DNA from: Lama guanicoe
Taxonomy: Eukaryota
DNA length: 64,000 nt
NCBI GenBank assembly: GCA_013239625.1
Contig: MU053588.1
Location: 335,988 to 399,987, forward strand
Reading direction: 5' to 3'
Below are positions 53,770-64,000 of the stretch, one piece after another. The position numbers were made by a program, and so were the translations under genes. The notes under the pieces were generated by a model. It was not told where the DNA came from. It saw nothing but the letters and a program-made list of their open reading frames with translations, and searched no databases. How positions within the stretch are numbered: the stretch's first letter is position 1; each line of letters starts with the position of its first letter.

Positions 53770-56210
53770 AACACTCTCATAAGATGTCAATGGAACCAAT
53801 GGAACAGAAAAAAAAAATCCAAAAGTAGACAATTTTAAGCACAAATTTAGCATACAATAAAGGTAGTAGCTAAAATCAACAAGGAAAAGATGGACTCTTT
53901 TTAATAAATAAAAGTGATAAACATAAGGATAAATATACAGAAAAAAGATAAAATTGCATTAATTCCTTAGACCATACAGCAGGATAAATTCCAAATGGAT
54001 CAGATGTCCTTACTTATAGAAATGAAAACATACAAATAACTAGAATAAAAAAACAGGTGACTTCTATAACCTAGGAATGGGGAAAACTTTTCTCATCGTA
54101 ACTGATAAAAATGACCACATTACGGTAAAGAAAAGTTAGCATGTCAAAAACACATTGAGCAAAGTAAAATGACAGACTAGGAGAAAAAATCTGCAACTTA
54201 TATCACAAAAGTGCAATATCCCTAATTTGTAAATAATTTCTAAAAACGGTCTAGAAAAAAAAAGACTAATAACACATAAAAACGGACAAAAGAAATGGAT
54301 AGTTGATAGAAAAGTAGTGTAAATGGTTTTTAACCATATGAAAATAAACTCAACTTTGCTCATAAGACAAATGCAAATTAAAACTACACAGAGGTGAGGA
54401 TAAGGAGAAATTGGAACCCTCATATATTGCTGATGGGAATGTAAAATAGAACAGCTGCTTCAGAAAACAGTTTTGCAGTTTCTCAAAAAGTTAACATAGA
54501 GTTGCCATATTACCTAGCAATTTCACTCCAAGTTGTAGACCCAAGAGAGTATACCCAAGAGTCCAACAGAGTTACCACATAACCCAGAAATCTCACTCAT
54601 TAGATACATACCTAAAAGAATTGAAAACATATGTCCATTTATAAACTTGTATACAATGGTCATAACAGCATTATTTATACTAACCAAAAGTGGAAACAAC
54701 TCAAATGTTCATTAACTAGATAAACAAAATGTGGTATATCCACATAATGGGATATTATTTGGCATAAAAATAAAAGATACACTAATATATGCTACAGCAT
54801 GAATAAACTTTGAAAACACGCTAGAATGAAGCCAATCACAAAAGACCACATACTGTATAATTCTATTTATATGAAATGTCCAGAATGAGCAATACATAGA
54901 CACAGAAAGATTAGCAGCTGTGTAGGGCTGGGGGTTAGAGGAACATGGGAAATGATTATTACTTGATGGTGGGTTTCTTGTTGGGGTGATGACAATGTTC
55001 TAAAATTGACTGTAGTGATGGGTGTATAAGACCATGAATATATTAAAAGCCATCAAACTGTCTACTATAAATGAATGAATTGTATGATATGTGTATTATA
55101 TTTCAGTAGTTTTTTTTTATAAGAAAACTGTACTGAGATGTTATTTCTCACCTCTTAGAATACCAAATTGTCAACTGTAACAGCAAATTCTGGTAGTAAA
55201 GCTGTAAGTAAGTTGGTACTCTTATACATTGCTAGTAAGAATATGAATGATACAAATGCCATGAAAGGGAATGTGGTGATATCTAGCACACTTTTATACA
55301 TACGCATATAACAACTCCACTTATGTGAAACCTAGCCCAAAATTGCACTAGCAAAATTTCAAAAATTCTGATGCACAAAGTTTTCATTGAAGCATAATTT
55401 ATTACAGAAAAAGATTAAAAATAACTCAACTGGCCATTGATAGGTGGCTGGTTGAGGTTAATTCATGGCATAGCCACATCATGGAGTACTATGTAGCAGT
55501 TAAAAAGGAATATCTCTTTATATTAATATGGAGTGTTATTTAAAATACATTGTTAACTATAAAAGAAATGTCAACAAAAGTATGTATAGTTATGCTCTTT
55601 TTATCTTAGGAAGGAGAAGAGGTAGAGAAAGTATAAATATATAATACACATTTGCTTTTATTTAAAAAAAGGGAAGGAATAAATCTCATAGTTACAGGGT
55701 GGGGAAGGAACATATGGAGGAGCCAGGGATAGAAATAATATTTCTTTGAATCTGTTTTGTAGATTTGACTTTGCTCGTATATAAATATATAATTATAAAA
55801 TAAAACTAAATTACAAGAAAGCATAGCTTAAAATTAATTTAAAAAAAGAACCAGTATTTACAACTGGTGGCATAACCATATAAGGAAATTACGTCAAACC
55901 ACTTTCAAGCATAATTTGACTGTGAGATATACCCTACAGGGGGAATGAAAAACTGACAAAACAATGATCTCATACTGTTTTGAGTAATCATATTGTTAGT
56001 GATAATGTGATCTTAGAGGTTTCTGTGTACACACAGGATAAAATAAGAAATTATGTGATATTCCAAATGCATCATTCTTAGTGTCCATGATACCTGAGAT
56101 TCCTGGCATGGGAGAAAATGGATGTGGCTGTGAGATCTTAAAAGGGGTTAAATGAAAAACCTGTAGTTCAGAATCTGAATTGGAAGTATTGGTATCAACA
56201 TTTGCTATAG
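53770..56210 (+). mobile_element. Old L1 ORF2 end/3' UTR with nested L1MB-like piece (~54390-55110)
   Basis: aaattccaaatggatc, aaatgcaaattaaaactaca, aatgttctaaaattgactgtagtgatgg. Confidence 0.8.
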
Positions 56211-56404
56211 TTTATCTTTTGCTTTTTAATGGAGACTTTATTTCTTAGAGTAGTTTTAGGTTTACAGAAAAACTGAACCAAGTCCATAGAGTTCTACATG
56301 CCCTCTTTCCTCATCCCTACCCCAGCTTCCTTTATTGTTAATTCTTAATATCTTGCACTGGTACAGTACATTTGTTAAAACTGATGAATTTATACTGATA
56401 TATT

Positions 56405-56835
56405 ACTTCCTTCTATTTCTGTTCTCCCTCACTGACCCTAGCCACACTTAAATATCCGCTGATAAAGTTTATAAGCATCAAACTTATTGCTACCTCAGTT
56501 CCTTTGGAATTGCTAGTCCCTCTGCCTTAACCTGCTCTTCTGCTAGACTTTGTATGGCTTACTCCAGCATTTTATTCACGTCCCCTCTCAAATGTGAGCA
56601 CCTTAGAGAGCCATCTTTAACCACCCTCTCTATAAGAACACTTGCCCCCATTATTTCATGATTCTTTATGCTTCTTGTTTTGCTTTATTAACACCCACCA
56701 ATCTTTATATATTTTTATTTGTTACTCTCTTTCCTGTTATGAAAGATTCATGGGGATGGGGAATTTTTCTTGTTCACTGCTATATTTTCAATACTTAGAA
56801 CACAGAGTGTATTTTTAAAATATTTGTTGGATAAA
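56405..56835 (+). mobile_element. L2 3' end
   Basis: ttgctagtccctctgcc, ttgttcactgctatattttcaatacttagaaca, aaatatttgttgga. Confidence 0.7.
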
Positions 56836-57168
56836 GACTTTTATACAGATTCCACTGGATCAAAAATATAAAATGGTAAAGTGGTTATCATCAGAAAAGA
56901 AGGAGAGCTAGTCTTTTTTTGAAAATATAGGTGAAAATGAAAAAAAATCAGGGAAGTGGTAAATGGAGCAAAGAAAGGGTTTCCTTTGGTGACTGAGCTA
57001 AAATAGTTTTGCCTTCCAGGGCTCAGGCTTTTACTCCACAGGCTTTGGAGTAAAAGGCCTTAGTTGGGTCTTTGAGAACTTCCAAGTTAATAACTCAAAG
57101 GTGTGACCAACTTTCTAAGCAATTTGACTCTTACCCACAACGGCCTCCCTTTGCCTGATCATGTATTA

Positions 57169-57273
<105 letters not shown>

Positions 57274-57528
57274 TTATAAGAATGGAAATAGATATGGTTA
57301 TGCTTTGCTTGTTCATAATTAAAATTGAGTCCATTGTCCATCGAGTCAGTCAGTTACAGAAAGATTCAGAGGATGGATATCTGAAGAATAGAGAACATAA
57401 AGGTGCCCAATGGAGCTGTCCATTTTAAAGTCTATAAGGCACAAAAAATGTATTTGGGACTAGAGGTCTGAAATTCATCTAGGCACTTGAAAACTTTCCC
57501 ACATTTCACAAAGACTGAAGTTGAATTA

Positions 57529-57849
<321 letters not shown>

Positions 57850-58602
57850 CTAAACATTCCTTCTACTCTAACACAGCCTCTTGGGAACAGCTATGGAAAT
57901 AAACAAAAGCCAGGTAAGTGGAGTTCTCTGATTAAATGAAATACTGTGAGCAAGCACATAACACATGCAAATCCTCAAATAAATTGCAAGTTCCTTCCTC
58001 CCTTTTCCCCTTTGAAGAATTGAAAACAACAAAAAGAAAAGAAGGGAGGGAAGAAGTAGGGGAGGATGGAAAGAGGAAAGGAGGGAGAAAAGAGAAAAAA
58101 AACAAACCTGGTGGGCACATTCCAAATGTCTTTTAAAATGTTTATTTTAGAAAAAAAGAGTTACATATAATTTAAGGATTTATTTCCAACTCAAGTCTCA
58201 GAAAAAGTTAGCAATAATATTCTTCCTTGTCCTGACAAATCCTTTCACAGACATCATTTTATAAGCTACAAAATATTCCATTTTGATTGTAATCATTTTC
58301 TTATTTTATGGTATTTAGTTTATACTCCTCTTACGTCCTTCATCCCTGTTTCTAAAATTCTGAACCATCTAATCCTCTTGCTGATCATGTTACCATTCAT
58401 AATTGCTCATTGTACATTTTTTGCTTCTTCTGAGCAACAGAAAGCCAGTGAAAGATGAGCTACGCTAACACAGATGTGGCCCCTGAGTAGTACACATAAC
58501 ATACTGCTCAAAATGGACTTTGTCACTGGTATTTACCTCTAAGGTATTCTATGACATGAGCTCTCTGTTCTCAGTTCTGCCTTTGATCACATTTCCCATC
58601 TT

Positions 58603-60790
58603 TTTTTTAAACATTTTTTATTGAGTTATAGTCATTTTACAATGTTGTGTCAAATTCCAGTGTAGAGCGCAATTTTTCAGTAATACGTGAACACACATAT
58701 ATTCATTGTCACATTTTTTTTTCGCTGTGAGCTACCACAAGATCTTGTATATATTTCCCTGTGCTATACCGTATAATCTTGTTTAACTATTCTACATATG
58801 CCTGTCAGTATCTACAAATTTTGAACTCCCAGTCTATCGCTTGCCACCCCCTACCCCTTGGCAACCACAAGTTTGTATTCTATGTCTATGAGTCTGTTTC
58901 TGTTTTGTATTTGTGCTTTTTTTTTTTTAAGTTTCCACATAAGAGCAATCTCATATGGTATTTTTCTTTCTCTTTCTGGCTTACTCCACTTAGAATGGCA
59001 TTCTCCAGGGACATACATGTTGCTGCAAATGGCATTATGTTGTCAGTTTTTATGGCTGAATAGTATTCCATTGTATAAATATACCACCTCTTCTTTATCC
59101 AGTCGTCTGTTGATGGACATTTAGGCTGTTTCCATGTCTAGTTTCCATGGCTATTGTATATAGTGCTGCTATGAACATTGGGGTGCAGGTGTCTTTTTGA
59201 AGTAGGGTTCCTTCTGGATATATGCCCAGGAGCAGGATGACTGGGTCATATGGTTAAGTCTATTCCTAGTCTTTTAAGGAATCTCCATACTGTTTTCCAC
59301 TGTGGCTGCATCAGACTGCATTCCTACCAGCAGTATAGGAGGGTTCCCTTTTCTCCACAACCTCTCCAGCATTTGTCATTTGTGGACTTTTGAATGATGG
59401 CCATTCTGACTGGTGTGAGGTGATACCTCATTGTAGTTTTGATCTGCATTTCTCTGTTAATTAGTGATATTGAGCATTTTTTCATGTGCCTATTGATCAT
59501 TTGAATTTCTTCCTTGGAGAATTGCTTGTTTAGGTCTTCTGCCCATTTTTGGATGAGATTGTTTGTTTTTTTCTTATTAAATTATAGGAGCTGCTTATAT
59601 ATTCTGGAGATCAAGCCTTTGTTGGTTTCACTTGCAAAAATTTTCTCCCATTCCATAGGTTGTCATTTTGTTTTACTTATGGTTTCCATTGCCATGCAGA
59701 AGCTTTTAAGTTTCATTAGGTCCCATTGGTTTATTCTTGCTTTTATTTCTATTGCTTGGGTAGACTGCCCTAGGAGAACAGTTTTGAGATGTATGTCAGA
59801 TAATGTTTTGCCTATCTTTTCTTCTAGGAGGTTTATTGTATCTTGTCTTATGTTTAAGTCTTTGATCCATTTTTAGTTGATTTTTGTGTATGGTGTAAGG
59901 GAGTGTTCTAACTTCACTGATTTACATGCTGCTGCCCAGTTTTCCCAACACCATTTGCTGAAGAGACTGTCTTTATTCCATTATGTATTCTTGCTTCCTT
60001 TGTCTAAGTTTAGTTGACCAGAAGTTTGTGGGTTCATTTTTGGGCTCTCTCTTCTGTTCCACTGGTCCATGTCTGTTTTTGTACTAATACCACGCTGTTT
60101 TGAGTACTGTAGCTCTACAGTATTGTCTGAAGTCTGGGAGAGTTATTCCTCCAGCCTCTTTCTTTTTCTTCAGTAATGCTTTGGCAATTCTAGGTCTTTT
60201 ATGGTTCCATATAAATTTTATTATGATTTGTTCTAGATCTGTGAAATATGTCCTGGGTAATTTGATAGGGATTGCATTAAATCTTTAGATTGCCTTGGGC
60301 AGTATGGCCATTTTAACAATATTGATTCTTCCAATCCAGGAGCATGGGATATCTTTCCATTTTTTTAAATCAATTTCCTAGTGTTTTATAGCTTTCTGTG
60401 TATAAGTCTTTCACCTCCTTGGTTAGATTTATTCCTAGGTATTTTATTACTTTGGGTGCTATTTTAAAGGGGATTGTTTCTTTACTTTCTTTTTCTGATG
60501 ATTCATCATTAGTGTAAAGAAATGCAACTGATTTTTGAAAGTTACTCTTGTAACTTGCTACCTTGCTGAATTCTTTGATTATTTCTAGTAGTTTTTGTGT
60601 GGACCTTTTAGGATTTTCTATATATAGTATCATGTTATCTGCATATAGTGACACTTTTACCTCTTCTTTTCTGATTTGGATCCCTTTTATTTCTTTCTCT
60701 TGCCTGATTGCTATGGCTAGGACTTCCAAGACTGTGTTGAATAGGAGTGGTGATAGTGGGCAGCCTTGTCTTGTCCCAGATTTTAGTTGG
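58603..60790 (-). mobile_element. Young 5'-truncated L1 (2.2 kb, RT to 3' UTR) in paralog intron, same sense as the gene
   Basis: [24 protein letters not shown] peptide; TSD cacatttcc(c/a)atctt at 58588-58602 and 60791-60805. Confidence 0.95.
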
Positions 60791-61197
60791 CACATTTCCA
60801 ATCTTAAAAGCCTCACAAACCAAAGATCTCACCACATTCTGAGATAAAGTTTCTAACCTCATCAATTAGAAAACAGAGATCAATGAAAAAGATCAAATTT
60901 TGCATATGCAGTCCCATCTCATCAAACTACATTCTGACAGGAGAGGTTCTACTCTTTCCTCAATACATTTCCTGATGTGCAGAATGGATCCTTAAATATG
61001 GTTAGAGAAGAGAGGGACAGTTGAGGAAGGCTTGTGGCTCATCCTCATTCACTAAAATTCACTAGAATGAGAGTGAGTAGGAAAGCCCACAAGGATGAGG
61101 CTTAATGAGGCAGAAAGTCTGGAGAAAGGAATATTGAACATTCATATCCTAGAAAACAATGGCTATTTGATGAAGGAAAGAAGAAATATCAACTCAC

Positions 61198-61206
61198 ATG
61201 GGGCAT
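61198..61206 (-). CDS. Paralog start-codon exon, coding part (MPH); exon 61267-61198
   Basis: ttctaaaccATGCCCCAT|gtgagt, acceptor tatcag|GACTC at 61267; same layout as the ZNF420 ATG exon; spliced CDS 1956 nt = 651 aa. Confidence 0.82.
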
Positions 61207-62114
61207 GGTTTAGAATGGCAATTTATTAGTCCTCCTCTGGCTTCTTCTTGTGTAGAAATGCAGAGTCCTGATAATATAAAGTCAGGAAAGAAAAAGGAAA
61301 TCATGAGAGCAGGCCTGGTTCTAAATGACTTAAGGTAAGATAAATATTTCCTTCTCTTTTCATGGCACGTGGTCCCTTCCATGGCACAATATATATACTG
61401 AGATTTGTAGAAATCTAGACAATCACATCCCTTCCCCAATCTCCAAAAACTGATACAGAATTAATTTATGCTAAAGCAGTACCCAATTCCTATGATGTTA
61501 GGGTTTCTCCGACCTGTCCTGAGTGGTTCAGCTTTTACAGATGAGGGGACCCTGATCCAAAACGTATTCAAGTCATACCAGCTTCAAGGACATTGATGCG
61601 GCCCTTGGAAGTGCTCTTGGAAGCCAAATCCTGGAACAAACACTTCTTACAACTAAGACCTGCCTTTTCCCCCCAGGCCTAACACACTAAATACCTCAGG
61701 GTGCCTCCCTGGCTCATTCTCACATTCCAGGAGCAAAAGGCATTTAGAGTCCATAGTGTAGGCTTCATCCAGGCCACATGAAGTCACACTAGATGCATCA
61801 AGTAACCAAGGAACAAATCCAAAGCAACCTTTAACAGAAAACAGCCTGTTTCATCAAATCACGGCCTCAGGTGAATTCAGGAACTCTGGAGACAGTATGC
61901 CCTTGTTATCCTGTGTAATGTCATTCTGCCTCTAAATGTAAGGCTAAGGATGACTTGAGAGTGTCTGTACAACAAATAATTCCATAGAGCACATACTATG
62001 TGCTAGATTCTTTATATACATTAACACTTACTTGACCAGCAAACAGGTCTGTGAATTTAACCACTCTCTGCCCCCACCAGCTATAAAATCTTCCTTTTAT
62101 CTGTTTCTTTTCAT

Positions 62115-63212
62115 AACAGCTTCATTGACATATAACTCACATTCCATAAATTTATCCTTTTAACAGTACAACTGAGTGGCTTTTATTATATTCACGGAGA
62201 TGTACAAACATTACCGCCACCTGATTTTAGAATATTCTCATTACTCAAAAACCAAAACCCCACAACCATTAGCAATCACTTCATAATCTTGTTCACCCAG
62301 ATCCCAGCAACTGCTATTTACTTCCTGTATCTACAAATATGCTTCTAGTCACTTCATATAAATGGAATTATACAATATGCGGTCTTTTGTGATGGGTTTC
62401 TCTCATACTGCATAACGTTTCAAGGCTCACTATATGTTGCAGCATGGGTCAGTACTTATTCCTTTACATTGCTAAATAATGTTCCGTTGTATGGATATAC
62501 CACCTTTTTCCCATTCATCAGTTCATGGACATTTGCATTGTTTCCACATATTGTTACTATGAATAATGCTACTAAGAACATTTACGTACGTTGTTTTGTG
62601 TGGAAATATGTTTCATTTCTCTTAGATATATATACCTGGGAATGGAATTGCTGGGTCGTATGTTAACTCTATGTTTACCATTTTGAGGAACTTCCAAACT
62701 GTTTTTCAAAGCAGCTGCATCGTCTTACAATTTCACCATAGATATATCAAAGTTCTACTTTTTCCACATCCTTGTCATCTTCTGGATTAAATTCATCCTA
62801 GTGGGTTTGAAGTGGTGTGTCATTTTGATTTTGATTTCCATTTTCCCCAATGATGCTGAACAGCTTTATGTGCTTACTGGCCATCTGTATATCTTTTTGA
62901 TAAATATGTATTCAAAGTCTTTGCTCATTTAAAAAATCTGGTTATTTGTCTTTTTATTGGTGAGTTGTAATAATTCCTCGAATATTCTAAAATACAATTC
63001 CCTTCTTGAACATGTGACCTTCAAATTTTGGGTCCCATTTTGTCAGCTGTATTTTTACTTTCTTGGCAGTGTCCTTTGAACCTCGAACATTTTCAATTTT
63101 GAGGAAGTCCAATTTATGTATTTTCCCCCGTCTAGTTACTTGTACTCTTACATTTAAGTCAATGGTGCATGTTGAATAAATTTTTGTGTGTGGCATGAAG
63201 TATGAACCTGTG
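62115..63212 (-). mobile_element. L1MB-like 3' fragment
   Basis: Antisense L1 3' UTR/ORF2 end (atatgttttcatttctct-like, ggaattgctgggtcgtatg). Confidence 0.85.
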
Positions 63213-63604
63213 ACAAAATATTTCACAACTGCTATCTTGACCCAATATTGATGTCATGGCTAAAAACTCTCAATTCCTCTTCACAGGAAGTTTGCTAAAC
63301 CTCCATTCTAAACACTTCTCTTATCAAGATCGAACACAATATACTAACCCATGAAACCTCAGTAGCCTTGCCATTTTACATAATCTTCACAGGCAAGATC
63401 TTAACTGCATCCATCTTTTTCCAGAAGCACAGGTATGACATTATATTGATGACAACCTCCTCTGAGGAGAATTCACAAACCATAATTTCACTATTGTTCA
63501 TTATTTTCCTCATTCTGAAAACTGGTAAGAGGAAGAATCTGTCCTGCCTCCATGAACAATCTGTACCTCAGGATAAGCAATCAGTTGATGAAGGGAATTT
63601 TGAC

Positions 63605-64000
63605 TTTACAGATGCATTACAGTTAAAGAATTAAGATAGAATTAAAAAGTTGAGAATATTTCGCAATCCCTAATGAAATAACAAGATCCCCCAAAGAGAG
63701 AAGCAGGCATTATGTGTCTCTTGATGGAAGTACACATTACCATCAATGAAGTCATTTTGCCAGGAAAAGAAAAAAAAGGAAGAAAGGAAGGAATCAGAAC
63801 CAGAACCTGAACCTGCATCTTAATCTACAGGAAATATAGAAAAATATGTTAATGATACCAGACTGTGGGAAATTATACAGAACTAATCACCTGGTTTCTT
63901 CAACAAATATATTGCAAGGAAAGAGAGAGAAAGAATGAGAATAAGAAACTATCAATTTTTAAAAAGACTTCATTAAGAGAATTATGAACCAATCACAACA
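63605..64000 (+). mobile_element. L1MC/MD-like 3' UTR fragment
   Basis: Similar to 33330-33760 (tatgttaatgat, ctggtttcttcaacaaat..tgcaagg). Confidence 0.65.

Noticed and set aside
53679..53853. ORF-track N-terminal extension of the 632-aa ORF
   Set aside because: Intron/L1-derived sequence upstream of the acceptor at 53678
60370..60816. 148-aa reverse transcriptase-like ORF
   Set aside because: 5'-truncated L1 piece with YADN instead of YADD and downstream disruptions; not a functional RT
63225..63600. Possible decayed coding or transposase-like sequence on the minus strand
   Set aside because: Multiple stops and no motif that I can support by eye

Overview
Repeat-dense mammalian genomic DNA, most likely camelid (two tRNA-derived SINEs resembling the camelid Vic-1 family, and several near-identical young L1 copies). 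It is part of a KRAB zinc-finger gene cluster with two tandem genes on the minus strand. (1) ZNF420 (Apak) ortholog: CpG-island promoter at about 37.1-37.9 kb; coding exons 28587-28579, 27326-27200 (KRAB-A) and 14002-12072 (19 C2H2 fingers); 688 aa spliced product. (2) An upstream, intact ZNF420-related paralog that I cannot name: coding exons 61206-61198, 57675-57549 (KRAB-A), 57269-57174 (KRAB-B) and 53678-51955 (17 fingers); 651 aa; its promoter was not found and probably lies beyond the window. The rest is L1, L2, MIR, MaLR/ERV LTRs, MER DNA transposons, SINEs and microsatellites, and almost all short ORFs in the track are repeat-derived noise. Most notable observations: loss of the ATM S68-Q motif in ZNF420 while the paralog keeps SQ; a ~315 bp L1 made only of its 5' and 3' tips, plus a second internally deleted L1; an L1 3' transduction; a possible in-frame N-terminal extension; and shared TE insertions tracing the gene duplication. 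Repeat family names come from recalled consensus sequences, and repeat boundaries are approximate unless a TSD is quoted.
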